A stretch of 64,000 bases of DNA from the human T2T-CHM13v2.0 reference genome, Homo sapiens: assembly GCF_009914755.1 (NCBI RefSeq), contig NC_060933.1, one strand, 5' to 3'. The notes under the pieces were generated by a model, which saw only the letters and a program-made list of their open reading frames with translations, was not told where the DNA came from and did not search any database. Made by a program: the position numbers and the translations under genes. Each line of letters begins with the position of its first letter. Position 1 is the first letter of the stretch. Shown one piece after another: positions 13,931 through 29,345 of this stretch.

Positions 13931-16900
13931 AGAACTGGGCTTCTTTAATACATCTTAAAAATCTGAAATCATGTAAGTGCACCTCTTTGTGCTGGATCCA
14001 GAGGCAGCTATGCTGAGACCCTCTGCTCCTCTCCTTGCCTCGCAGGAGCAAGAATTATCCCAGGAGTCAGTTCTGACTGCCCAGAAATTTTGGAGCACTT
14101 GACCCCATGCTCTTATTTCAGTGTCCCCAAAAGCCTGCAGCAGCTTCTCATTGGCAGTGTAGATGTGGACGTGCAGGGCAGCGTGTGACAGAGATAGGAA
14201 GAGCCGGCACACCCATGCAGGCACTCACGAACCCCAGACGCTGTGTGTTTATTAGGAGGTCTGCCTTTGTGTCTGTGAATCGGACTCTGTATCACTGATT
14301 TTACTCTGATTGTTCCATGAGACAAAGGAGGAAATAGTTTGCTTCAAAGCATGCAATGTGACCCAGAGGGGAGAATGGTGTGTATCGCTGAGGATGAAGC
14401 TTCTTGGCCAACTAGGCAGACACTGCTCATTCTGCCTTCAATGTAGTAAAAGAGCCACCTGTGGGAGCTGAAGTTATCTTTAAGAGGCTTTTCCACACCT
14501 ACAGAGTTCTTTTGACAACAAGAAACAGGTCACCCTACTTTCCAAGATAGAAACAGTACATTCAGGAACAAAGAGAGGGTAACACAGATGGAATGTGCCC
14601 CACGAGGCCTGTCAAACCGAGTGTTGCAAGGAGATATCATCAGGCTGTTCAATCCGGGGGGCGCGGACTGAGTATGTTCCCAAGTCTGGGTCTCTCAGTG
14701 TTATTTGGCTAAATGAAAAGTCTAACAGGTGCCTGGCAATTGCATGCACTGGTGAGACCCACACTTGGGGGTGTTTGGGTGTTGCGGGGCTGGGGGGGGG
14801 CATTGAATAGTCCTCATTGCACACCCACATTAAGAAGCTGCAGCCCCATAGTCTTGAATGTATTCCAGCTGTGAGCTGGTTCTCTTTTGCATCTCACACG
14901 TGTAGTTTAACGCGACACAGTTCGTATAAGCAGACTAGCAGCAATTATCTCCTCTAATGGATTATTTTATTTAGCTTTGTGCGTTATTGGGACATGGACT
15001 GCTGAACTAAGGCAAAGTTGAGCGACTCCTTTGGCTTCTTGCAGTCCAGCTATCCCAACTTTTTGTTCTGTCTCATTTTGTGGCATGGACCCATCAGATA
15101 CTACTCAGCAAATAACAGGAAGATTCCCCCACCATACCCCACAACCTCCACCTAAATATTCTATCTAAACTTCATGCTGCTCAAGGTTGGCTAAGAGCAA
15201 GGGGCTTCTTTGAGTTTTACAGCCTGGAAATATTGTAGTCTTGTAAAATTATTATCCAAGCAATAGTTTGCCTACAAAAATCTTACTGTGAGGACTAACT
15301 TACAAATATATCTGAGTGATGACAGACATCAGATTAATAAATTGCCATATGCATCTCTAAACAACAGATAACTATCAGTCATTTCTAATATTGTGTAGGA
15401 TGACTTCAAAACACCATACAGGACCAGGGACACAATTCATAAGCCTTTTCCTCTAATTAGCTACAGACAAAGCTCAATAGATAGAGGGAAATTGGACAGG
15501 CATCAGAGAGGATAAGACAGATGCCACTGGGCTCAGCTGGAACAAAATCACAAGAAAACATACAGGTTTATGATTCAAGCTTATCTAAGCAATAATGGAA
15601 AAAAATATAACCCTTAGATAATAGGGCAACCTGAAACAATAACCTATACAGCTTACCATATTCAGGACAAAGAGAAGGAAGTGAAGGGTGGGGAGACAGC
15701 AGGATATTGACAATAAGAGAAACAAAAGCACAGGAGGCTCGTGGACTTCGTACTCTTAAAAAGTCTTTTAAAAAATGTCTTCTAAAGTAAAGACATACTT
15801 TGCAACTTTCCAGGCCTCACTTTTAAGCAATTATTTGGGTACAGAGATTTCTACTTTCTCTGAATCTGGAGATGCTGCTTGGATGTGATTTTAGAAATCA
15901 ATAGGTTTAGAAGTCCCTGGCACTTTTGATCCATTAGCTGGTTCACAGAAGCAGCCTTTCATAAAAGTCTTTGTAAACTGCTTTTCCCTAAAATGATTCT
16001 CCCTAAGCAGCTCTTCTCTTCTCCTATACTTCATCCCGGCAGCCAGATAATCAAATCCTAGAGGAGAGACAGGGAATTCTCTTCACATTTCTCTGGAGCC
16101 CATGACCAGGCACCCATAACCACAATTAAGAAGAGAGGCCAGAAAGGCAGGGCCTGGCTGTGGGGCTCCTTTAGCTTCTTGGTAAAGGGTTTTAAACCAG
16201 TTCTTATTATCTTTTTAAATGTTAAAGAGGGAAGTCCTGTTGAACCCCTGATGGCATTCAATTATGGGCATGATTATAAAATGTCTCAGTTCTTTGGGGA
16301 GTGTGAGCAAATCGATAGAGTGTTGAGAGAGTGCAAAGCTGTGAGGCTTGCCTTCGCAGGATCTCCTCCCTTCTCCCACCTCACTTCTGCAGTGGAAGTT
16401 TGTAGTAGAAGGGGCTTGCTTGCTGCATGGAGGGGGTTTAGGGAATTATTACCTAGCAACGCAGGGCAAATAAATGGTGCTCCGAGACCTTTAACTCATT
16501 TGATAAAATTTTTAAAGGGTGCCATGGGGCATTCCTCCATATTATTCACTTGCAGAGGCCTATGTTAATTCGTAAATAAATAACATGGTTCTAGGATCTT
16601 TGGCCACCCCACTTTTGAGTAAGCCTCTCACCCTCTCTTTTCTCCCACTCTGTCATACATTTTTGTTGTTGTTCTGTTTTAGATGAGTTCTCTGTGAAAT
16701 GAACCTAGGTGTGTTTGTTTATGTGTTTTTCTGAACAAGGCAACTTTGGTTAATGCACGTGGCTCCATGTTTCAAAGAAATTATATGGCTACTCTAAATA
16801 TAGCAGGATAATTTCATCATTAGGGTGAACAAGCATGCATGCATTCATTGAGCAGTGATTTGTGACATACGCCCTGTGTGCCAGGCACTGTGCAAGAATG

Positions 16901-17618
16901 GAAGCTCCATGAGGATAGAGATATTGGTCTTCTTTGCCCACTGCTGTATCTTTGATGCCTGAAACACTGCCCAGCACAGAGCTGGGGCTCAGGAGCATGA
17001 GGACAGCCTGCACATACAATGAGGGAAATTGGAAGCACATTTTTTCCTCCCTAAGGCTGTAACCCAGTTCTAATCACTTGTGAAACCCACAGATTGGAAA
17101 GAAAGAAGTAATTTCATGATGTTAGGCCTCAGTGGTGTGTCTCTAAAGTGATTTAGTGTCCTGAAGGATTCTGGGCTATCTCACTACTTTAGACAACTCT
17201 GAAATGGAACTGGCTGAGTGTAAGTGCATTGGAAGGACCTGCTTTTTAAAAATAAATCAAAATTTTAACAAAATGCTTTTTTCCCCTATGGCTTACGACT
17301 GTACTTATACATAAATGACCTCGTACCATATGCTTTAGGAGGGATTAAACTTTAATAGTGAGATATTCTAAAGCCCTGTCAGGACATCTCCACAAAATGC
17401 TTGTTCTTCTGCCTCTCCCTAGGAGTGGCTCCTGATAAGAGGAATGGTGAGGATGAGGATGAAGACCAGGACGAATGAGAGTAAATGGGGAAGCCCGTGG
17501 CAGTAGCTGAGAGTTAGGAGCAAGAGGAGTAGGCATAATTTGGGGAGGTAGACCACCTTCCCTTCCTAGAATTGTTTGTCTGACCTCTCCTGGAATCATA
17601 GCCCTGCTCTGAGAGATG

Positions 17619-18080
<462 letters not shown>

Positions 18081-19103
18081 CTTCCCCCAGGGGTTCCCCC
18101 TGTGGTGTTGCCGTGACATTTTTATGCCATAGTTCGGACTCCTGCTGCCTATTTCAGCAGTCATGATGGTCCCCTGCCTGTTGTGGTGCAGGATTCCCTT
18201 GAGTGCTGGCACCTCTTGTTCTGTCCCTGGACAAAAGTAGCATGAGGCTGAGAATGATGCCTGAGCCAGGTGTGATTAGTGCCTTAGGACCCAGAAGTGC
18301 AGAGTGTGGAAGCAAGCCCTTCCTCCACACCCTCACAAACCACTTCTTCAGGGCTGCTCTGCCTGGTCGTGCATGTGTCCCTCATTACTCACTTTGGCCG
18401 GAGCATTGGTGAACTCCTTGTTGCACCTGCCACATGGGGTTCTGAAGAAGATGAAAGAAATATCAACTGAAAAGGCCTGTGAGCAAGGGACCCAGGGCTC
18501 TATAAAACCAAGGGTCATTCTTGTCTTCGTAGCCATGGCAACCACAGCTTAGCCCAGGGTGGGCAGAGGGCCAGGCCCACTGATTTGCACAGAACCCCCT
18601 TGATGTGCAAGGAAATCTGGAGGCAGAAAAGCCCATGGGATAAGAAAAAGATGAAAGGTCTTATCTGCCACTGTTTTGTTTTTTTTTTCTATAATATCTG
18701 TAGTTGGCTTTGAAAACCATCTTTATAAGACAGATTCACTTCTGTCTTTTTGGGAAATGATTGTAGCTGATGAGATTCATTATAACCACACAGGAGCAGC
18801 CTAGCAACATCTGACTTCTGGGCTTGCAGAAGTCTCTGCTTCTCTGTCAGGACAGTCCTTCCATGGTGCCATCACTTTTTCAGAAGTCAACTCCAGTTTA
18901 CTAGCTATTAGTGGTTTTTCAAGTGATACTGTGATATCCTGTCTGTCCGTGGCTGGCTACAATGCACTTAGGTGAAGTAGATCTTTGTGTTTGAACAAGC
19001 AGACCTTGTTCTTACTATGTACATACTCAGACTTGAAGAATTACACAGTGGCTTAAAACACTGTTGAAGAAAGAGGGTTATCTAGTGTTTTCAGTTTCTT
19101 TCT

Positions 19104-19593
<490 letters not shown>

Positions 19594-21758
19594 CTTCAGT
19601 TTATTTCTGAACAAAGGCTTGCTTAATAAGAGGCTTGCCTTCAGTGACAACAAAGTCTAGTATAACACAAATATGCTTTTCCTTGAGTGATTTGAGCACT
19701 GAAATATGGGAGCTGAGGGGGTTGATAATTCTCCAACCTAACATACAGCTCCTCTTAGAAGGATGTCAGCATGAATGTCTCCTTAGCCATATTGGGAAAC
19801 ATGAAATATGTGTTTATTTAAAGACAAACAGGAGTATTAATTTGCTTCAGAAAATTTGAATGACTTTGAAATTAAAAACAAAATTATCTTATCTAATTAG
19901 AAAACAACACCCCATCAAAAGTTAAATGTGTATTTCAGGACAAAACATAGACAGGGTGTGTTTAAAATATCTGAAAGGGTGCCCAGAGGAATGGGTTTTA
20001 TATTTGTACCTCCAATCTCAGTTGAATTTTTAACAGTTCTGTTACACCACTAATCCTTATCCTTTACTTTTTTTCTCTCTCTCTGGAAAGTCAGGAGGGC
20101 ACCTGCCCTCCCACCAGCCATGACCTACTTCCCAGTCTGGTGTTCCCATCCCTCTGCAACTATATCAGTGAAGGCCAAAACCCACAGTTTGAGTAACATA
20201 TTTAAATATAGGTCAAGAATTGGAACCAGCTGAGCTTAGAGAATAGCACGTCATACGATTCTATATTGTTTAGGTGAAAATTGTGTTTCCTGTTCCTGTT
20301 GTTCATATTGGGGTGATAGAGGGAAGAAGAGAGACAGGAAGAAAAAGGGAAAAGAGAGTTAGAGTCAGAACAGAGACAAGAGTGAAGAATGAAAAACGTG
20401 TCTGGATGTGAACAGAGCAGTGGAGCAGAGTGGACTCCCCACAGAACCCAAAGACCTGGATACTACAGGATACTAGTTCCCTATGGGGTGGACACCAAGC
20501 TTCTCAAATTCTTTGTCCCTTGGTCTGTGGAAAGAAAATTCCTGCCCTACCCAAGTCTTAGGGTCCTTTAGAAAATACGAAGGGATGCAACTGAACAATA
20601 TCTGTCAGGGTGGTGTAAAGGAAGCAGGCCATGTTACAGGAACAACTTACTTTTTGGGCATCTCAAGTAAAAGGAACATGGCATAGGTCTATCCTTCCCA
20701 TGAGACATGACACCAAATGCACTGATTCTCTTGCTGGAAATCAGACCAGTTTCATTAGTGTCAGGAAAGGAAGCGCGCACTTCCCTATAGCCATGATCAC
20801 GTTCGGAAAATGAGTGCTGGTTCGGGTGTTAGAGGTCCTGTAATTGTATCTCTTCACTTAAAAGACAACTATTCATAGAGTGACTAGTTCAAGGTCTCAC
20901 AGGTAGTAAAGAGCAGACGTGGGACCAGACATCAAGCTACTTGTTTCTGCTCATTGACTCTGTTTCTACCCTTAACCTAGCTCCTAAGCTTCCTGAGGCT
21001 CAGAGTGTGTGAAGGATTCTGTGTGCATTCACAGGGTTGAGGCTAGTGAGGAAAGGATATTCTTCAAGTTTTCATCCTGAAGTCCAGAAACCCCATGAAA
21101 AGTACTGAGAATACTGTGGGCACACTGAAGGGCTGGCATCTGTGGTTTCCTGTTCTTGGTACAGCATCCATATCTCTCAGAGGTCATGACAGCCACACCA
21201 ATTCTAAAGGGACAAAAGCAGGCTGCATTTCAGAGGCACGCCTTGTAAAAATATGTGCACTTGTGAGTCTAACTGTAAATTGCTTAGTTTTTTCAGTGAT
21301 TGGATCATGAATACCACCTTCTCCAGTAGGAAAGGAAGACTTGTGAGCACTTCTCAGATAACAGGGACAGTCTGGATAAGATTAAAACACAAAGGCCTCA
21401 TTGTATCGATTCATTTAAAATTCCTCTCCCCCAAGTCTTCAAATTAAAAAGTTTTCAACAGCTAAACCCATCTATCAATTTCAGTACAGAAACTTTTTTT
21501 TCTTTGCAAGCATCAAGAAGCCACATATTGATCAAAAAACAAATGAGTGGCAGGAGGTAAGGAGCCGGTTGTGCTAATAAACGGCATACAGTCAGCTCCC
21601 ACTTCGACCTAGAAATAAAACTACGAAGTAGAACATTGTAAATAGAATGGTGTTTTCTAAAGGAAAATGGATAACTACAGGTTACATATTCAATTAATGT
21701 TTTTTCCCCAGCAGATAACTCACAGATGAGAACCCTCAAAATGAGGTGATAAATGTAA

Positions 21759-22157
<399 letters not shown>

Positions 22158-22540
22158 ATAATTTTTAAGACGTAAACAGTGCTTTAAGTCCAATAAAATA
22201 AGAGCAAATGCATTATGTATAATACTTATACAAGAAACCTCAAGTTATTGTGAAGAGCATATTGATTTTCATCTGTCTCTTCATAACCCTCTTTTTCCAA
22301 AATACTGCACCTCCTAAAATGCAATAATGATGGTGGTGCTAAGAGTGAGCTAACCCCAGTCCAGTCCAGGGCTAGATTCCCCCTTCCCTCCCCTGGCTTC
22401 TTCTCCATGTATGTCTAGACCATAATTCCCTCTGTACAGAATGCTCCAAAACTCACTAGAGTCACCTTACATTGAAGTGTAGATGCATGTTATTTTAGTA
22501 ATATTGCTTCAGTAGTAGTTGAATGTGAAGACTATCATCA

Positions 22541-22853
22541 GGCTGGGCACGGTGGCTGACGCCTGTAATCCCAGCACTTTGGGAGACTGGGGTGGGCGGA
22601 TCACTTGAGGCCAGTTCAAGACCAGCCTGGCCAACATGGTGAAACCCTGTCTCTACTAAAAATACAAAAAAATTAGCCAGGCATGGTGGTGTGTGCCTGT
22701 AATTCCAGCTGCTCAGAAGGTTGAGGCAGGAGAATTGTTTGAACCTGGGAGTCAGAAGCTGCAGGGACCTGAGATCATGCTACTGCATTCCAGCCTGGGC
22801 AACAGAATGAGATTCTGTCTAAAAAAAAAAAAATTAAAAATTAAAAAAAAAAA
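22541..22853 (+). mobile_element. Alu (AluSx/Sz)
   Basis: Full Alu. Degenerate TSD aagactatcatca / aagactgccatca. Confidence 0.92.
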
Positions 22854-23394
22854 AGACTGCCATCAATACTATTGGTGTTTTCCACTTTAGGGATCTTTGT
22901 CTTTTTCCTACAATGAGAAGGCAGAAAACTTCAAAAGATTCTTGTGTGTTCTTTTTTGAAAGCCTCCAAGAGTCCCCATGCATGCTGTAAGAATGTGAGA
23001 ATTAGGGTGAGTGAGTGTGCATCTGTATTTGTTTCACAACACTTCAGGAGAAGGAGAGGGGAGGTGAAAATCTTTAGAATCGGGTGCAGGATTGGGGATG
23101 ATTTTTCGTTCTCTGCTTTTGGTACTTTTGGGAGAAATCTTCATTTTTGTAAATAATGAGTATACACTGGTTTGCAAATAAATAAATACATACATAAACA
23201 TGTAAATAAATCTTTAAGTTACCATGAAGGAAAGGGAAGCAGGCAAACGAATCCACAGGACTAGTACTACAAAGAGGGATAAGTCATTCCGGCTAACTCT
23301 ATCCCCTCAATCTTTGGGTGTCTTGTGTAGGAATCCTGGCCCTTCCTTCCCTATGTCTCTAAGGCTTTCTATGTGATAACAGAGACACCCTGGG

Positions 23395-23600
23395 CTCTGC
23401 TGGCAGAGAGCGCTGGTTCAAAACTCATTTCTGCTTCTATGAACTCCATGATTTTAGCCAAGTTACTCAAACTGAGCCTTAGTTATTTCATCTGTAAAAT
23501 GGGCACAATGAAGCCTTCTGTAGCTTCCATGAGGTCTAAATGCAACAATAATTGTCAAGTCATTCACACAGTTTCACATGCTTACAAACAAGTTATCTCA
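23395..23600 (+). mobile_element. MIR
   Basis: ccaagttactcaaactgagccttagttatttcatctgtaaaatggg matches the MIR core. Confidence 0.65.
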
Positions 23601-24237
23601 ATGATTGTTCATTCCTTTCTCCACCCTAGCCTGCCTCATTATAGTTACCATGTAATTTGAAGATGAAAGGAGTTTTTGATTTTTACTGTACTGCTCGTTT
23701 GAAAATCTGTACACATAACTATTTTAATTTAAATTATTTAAAATTCCATAAACTTAACATTTTATTTTCTTGTTTAAAGTGGCTATGAAATAATACAGTG
23801 CAGATGGAACATTTCCATCACTGCAGAAAGGTCTGTTGGTGCTTGTGGTGCTATTGGCTCTCTTGCAGCTATAGGTGTGATACAGTTGTGGTCAAGGAAA
23901 TGTCAACAAAAGTCTCCAGGTAAAGCTTTTCTGGAAGGCAGCTTTTGCTGCCGGGTTGATGTTATGACCATGAGGTGATCTTGAGGATGGAAGCCATAGG
24001 AAAGGAGTAGAGAATTAGTTTAGAGCTGGTCATTTGGAGATACTTAACAGCTAGCCATTTCTCACAATCTCATCATGTTCCATCTTTCCCAATCTCCATG
24101 TTATGGTCATCTCATAACTAAAATACTTAATAGCTCTTTCTTAAATTGGGCAAAGTCTTAATCTCAATGCATCATGTTCTTTTCAATAGGAAAGGAGGCC
24201 AGATAGGAGAGGTAGTGTGTTCTTGGAAGGCAGAAAA

Positions 24238-24386
24238 ATCTTTCCTTCTTTCTTCTGATGTCCAATTGTTCTTTCTTGTCTCTATTCTTTTCTTTTCTCA
24301 TTTCTTCCTTCTTTTCTTTTTTCCTTCCTTCCTTCCTTCCTTCTTTCCTTCCTTGCCTCCCTCCCTCCCTTCTCTCTCTCTCTCTC
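24238..24386. repeat. CT-rich low-complexity/(TTCC)n tract
   Basis: Read directly from sequence. Confidence 0.85.
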
Positions 24387-25901
24387 AGATTATAGAAAAG
24401 ACATTCACCTGGCCTGGGAAACTCTTTTACTGTAATAGGGAAATGCTTCATCAGTGAACCTGTAGAAATCCCTCCCTCGAGTATTTTTCTAAGCAGATGC
24501 ATCCACCATTACTGATGGCCTGTTTTAGGCTGTTCAAAACTAGTGAAACTAAATGGACAGTACCTACAATGCCAAAGAAAGAAATGAGAAAAAAGCTCAC
24601 AGATGCTACAAAACAGCTTCAATATGGAAATGTCCCTGCTTCTGAACACCTTCTTCTTTGGCCTCTCCTTTTAAATCCGAAGTTATTATAGATTATTTTT
24701 TCCTACCCTGTATGCTAGGCACATGCTGTTCCGAACTAAGAATTCATGAATTTTAATTCTCATTAGTAAATTGGCTTCTTGCCTAACCTTGGGCAGAGGA
24801 CACACCATGTCTTTAATGCATTCCTCTAGGAATCACATACAATGCTGTAAAAGGTTTAATTATTAATGGAATTTGCAGAGAACTTGCCTAGCTGTATAAC
24901 TCCAGCCAACCTTAATTTTTAATCTTTATAAATACCTTTGAATTTTAATAAGGCAAGTTCACAGCAAGGCAACCATTTATTCTTCAAGCATGACTTTTAA
25001 TTTATGGTTTCTTCCCATTCTTTGCTTTATCTCCTCTTCCTCCCTCCCCTTTGGATGGATTTCTCTACCATCATACACCAACATAATATTTTATCTTCTT
25101 ATAACAACTGTGTTTTTAAAAATGTAGTTGAGAAAATGGAAGCTAATTGTTAAAAAGGGAATCTCAAATTTCTGTGAATGTTTTTATTCAAGCTCTGTTT
25201 CTCCTCTGATGTAGAAAATAAAAATTTAGTGATATCCCTTCAAACAACAGAATATTCTGTGAAGGTGTATGGGAGGTATTTCTGTCATATTACATATGCT
25301 TGTTGACTATAAAGTTGGTTTTTTGAAACTCACATTACCCCTATAGTAACAATCTTATAAATGGTGGTTAGAGTATGAAGATAGCTCACATAAGTCTGTT
25401 TTACTCAAAGTCCAATCTCTGGCTTTGAAATGAAAAATACTGGGAAGCAATGCTGTTATAATCCAAGTATTTAAATAGAACAGAAAACATCTCCATTTTA
25501 GTTTTTAAACCTCCAGCTTTTCTTCTCCTTTATACTAATATTTTTCTTGCCTTACATATGTTCGTCAACTCTTGAAGATCATTAAAGATTTTTTTTCCTT
25601 TAACAAAAGGAGAAAAGAAAAATGAATAGTGAAATGGTGCTGATATGACTATGTAAGCATCAGATGAGAGAAGAAAGCACACGGTGGCCTGCAGTGGTGG
25701 CCACATTCACGAGAAAGAATTTGCTAGGTAGAGTTATCTTTATTCTGGAAGGTGAAACACGAGTGGCAAATGGAGAAGGATATGGGGACAAAATGTCCCT
25801 CTGAAGGGGAAGAAAGACAGTAGTAGAAATGTTGAGCAGAGCAAAGAGCCTTCAAGGTGACACTGTTACCCCAAACCTACTCCATGGTGGGGTTTTAGAG
25901 G

Positions 25902-25928
25902 GTGTGTGTGTGTGTGTGTGTGTGTGTG
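25902..25928. repeat. (GT)n microsatellite
   Basis: Read directly from sequence. Confidence 0.95.
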
Positions 25929-26399
25929 ACTGACAGAAACCAGGCATGTGCAAGGAAATGATGTGGACACAGAAGCAGGGTTTTTAAAGTGCTAGGCATA
26001 ACTAAAGAAGGCTGAAATTTTCTGCTTCACCTGAAGGATAGAGGGAAGGACAGTCCCAGGAGATGAGACAGGGTAAAACAAGTTTCTTCCAAGCTATCTT
26101 ACAAACCAGTGCTTTTTAGGCTCATTCATGGGTCACAAACAATCAATATTTTTTTAGAAATTAAAATCAAATGAAATTGAATTTTAAAAGTACATTACCC
26201 TTTGGAGAGAAAACATGAAATTTTAGGTGTATACTGGCTAATGTCTACTAGATTGCTATGTAAAAGTACTTCTTAATTTGGATTACAATCAAAGTCAGGG
26301 AATGACATTGCTATGTGTGGTACTTTGGGGTAATTAATCTGGGAGTGTCAGGTAGGTGGATTCTGTACGCAGACTTAAATTAATATAGATCTGAAAGGA

Positions 26400-27080
26400 G
26401 GAAGGGTCTTGTCAGGGTGATGGCAGTGATTGGAATGAATGAAGATAGACATGGGGAAACGATAAATGTGAAACCAATAGCATTTGGCTGCTGATTGGAT
26501 GTATAATATGAGGACAAAGGAGAAATACAAATTGTTTCTGTTTTAATCTGGGTACATGAGTAAACGGTGAGAGAAGAGGTATAAAGAACATGAGTGGAAG
26601 CTCAGGCTTGGGGCAGCAGAATGTGAATTCGATTTCCAATACTTTGCATGTGTGAAGCAAAAGAGACATCCCAAAGGAAGCTGGAAATGGGAACTGAGCT
26701 CAGGAGAGCTGTGGGGCTGGAGCTGTGAATTGAGAGAAATCCCTATGGAAGGGAGATTTGGCTCTTGAGAAAATGTATAGCTGTAGTGTGAGGGAATGTG
26801 TAAAGAGGAAAAAATAAGAGAAAACACCAATTCTGGAATTCCAGACTTGGGAATGCCTAGAATTCAGGAGCAGCAAGGAGATGAGGAAAAAGGGGAAGAA
26901 ATGAGAGAACTAGTGTCACTGAAGTGGAAGGACAAGAGCAGCTCTGAGGGGCAGGCAATGGGATCCAATGACAGAGAGGTCAGAGAAGGTGGCATGTGAG
27001 AGAAAAAGTGTATTTGCCAGATTGAGCCCAGTAGTGACCTTGCAGAGCAGCTTCAGCAGAGCAGTGGGAGCGAGCTGACT
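26400..27080 (-). mobile_element. L2 fragment
   Basis: Purine-rich with L2 motifs: atttggctgctgattggatgt, gagacatccca, gtgtcactgaag, tagtgaccttg. Confidence 0.55.
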
Positions 27081-29214
27081 GCTAGGGTATGGGTTGACCT
27101 GGTTGGGAGGTCTGGTGGCGAAGGCCCCCATGCAGTCAGTTTGGCAGGGACAGATGGAGAGTGACTGAGAACACTTGATTTGGTTCTTCCAGCTGACTGG
27201 GTCTTCTCTCTTCTGTCCAACCACTACGTTGATGACCCTTGCTGGATTTAGTGTGTTTTCCATTAAAACAGACCCATCCCCTGTCCCTGCCTCTCAGAGC
27301 TCTAGGGTTAGTGGATGGTAATGATTCCAGTCCCATAACTCCCAGCTCCATGAAGACTGAGGGGATTCTGGGACTGGCAGGGCTGTAAAGGCACTTAGAG
27401 ATGTTTTTGGTTGGAAGTGCCTTGCTGGCTGTGCCTGTCGATGGACAGCTTTGCTTCTTTAAGTATTCCTTTGTAAGTTGTGTGTATCAATAGACAACCT
27501 TCCCCCATCATGTCCATCCTTAATCACTTTTTACTTTTGCTTTTTGTTAAAGTAATTTTAAAAGGAGTGTTCCTTTTTCAAAAAGAAAAATTTTAACCAA
27601 TTATGTAATTCAAAAGAATCTACTATGCTGTTGGGGAAATTTGTGTAAATTACAGTGAGGGTCACCGCACTTGTGGCAGTTATGGAGTAAATGTGGAATC
27701 AATATTTCTTGGATTGAAACATGGAAATCTACTTTAAACCACACCAAAAAGATGTATTTAGAATCACTGACCACTAATATTAAGTGATGATGAAACTAAA
27801 CTTTACTCCTATAGCTTTGTCCATACCTGGCAGGACTGCTTCTAATGCAGGTTTCTACTAGATCATGATATATGAAAGGCAAAGAAATACGGTGAATCCA
27901 GTAAGAGAGTCTTCACCTGGGAAGAATGTGTTTTATTTGGATAAGTTGCATAGCCATTTCCATAGCAAAGGAATATTTTCAGAAAATGAACTGAAAGATG
28001 TGTTGCATATGGAATCTCACTTGGCATTTTGGTAAAAATGGAGAATCTTTGGTTCCCTATTATTACCAGCAGCAACAATAAGCAAACAGAAACGTTCTCT
28101 CTGAGTTCATTTACTTCTTTTTCAAAATGTGGAACAAAAAACAGCACACATATTTTTGTGCCTGCCTGGCAAAAATCCCAAAAGCTCTGCTTAATTCTGT
28201 TCAGGGTGGGGGGATAAATTTTACACTAGCAACAAATACCTGGGAATTAAAATAATGTGTGTCTGTTGATAAAGCAACATTTTGCCTCTTCGGAGGCATT
28301 ACTCTTCTTCTTTTTTTTTTTTTTTTTGAGTAACACTCTTTGCTTTTCCTGGTTTTACAGATCTGATATAAATAAAGGTGGTTGTGGACTTTAGAGTCTT
28401 GTCCTATGTTGCCTTTTGCTTTGTTCTATTTTAGAATGCATTTGAATATGTTCAAATGCCTTGTCCAAGTTGATAGCTTCTGAATTCTCAAATTCTTACA
28501 TAAAGGTCAGACAATACCCTTTGGCTGCCTCTTGTGTTCTCTGTTGGTTGTGGTTTTGGACCAGGAGATGTCCCCTGAAGATGTCCTCTAGAAACCTTTA
28601 CTGCTCAGGGAAATACTCAGCTGTGTTTATCATTGACCAAGGAGCAAGTGTCTTTTTAAGATGTCAGAGCACAGAAAGCTGAAGTTATTCTACTACTGGC
28701 TACCAAAACAAAACAAACAAACAAACAAACAAAAACAAGCTCCCTCTAGCTGGACCCTTCAAACAAAGGAGTCTGTTTCATTTGTAGGAGAATGTGGGAA
28801 ACGACATTTACCTCTGGGTCTGTATGACTGCCTTTGGCAGATTCTCGACATACATCTGATGAACAAATGACTCAATGAGCAAGAAAACTGAGGTCAAGCA
28901 CTTGGAAGCATACCATGTCAGAGTAGAAGTGACTTGTCTGGTTATTAAAATAGGTAAATAAAAGTCCTTTATGCCTTTCTAGTCTTTAAAACTTTTCTAC
29001 AATGAACATCTATTACTTTTGTAATCAGACACAAAGAAAGAAAAAACGAAAATAATAAACAGAACACTAGTTAAAAATAAAACAAAACAAAGAGATCTAA
29101 TTGCTTTTTTAATGATGGCATTAATTTACTTGATGACACATTTCTTTAATATTTCTCTCATTTGCAGCAAGCCATGTGTTAACAGTGCACAATACACATA
29201 CTCAATGCATGGCT

Positions 29215-29345
29215 GATAAAAACATTAAGTCAACAAACATTTATTGAGCACTTATTAAATAGCAGGGTGCTTGCTAGGCACAGTGGGGTATTTATGGATA
29301 AATAATACATGAGCCAGACCCTCAAGGAGCTCACTTATGATGCAG
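29215..29345 (-). mobile_element. L2 3' end
   Basis: tcaacaaacatttattgagcactta...ccctcaaggagctcac. Confidence 0.65.
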
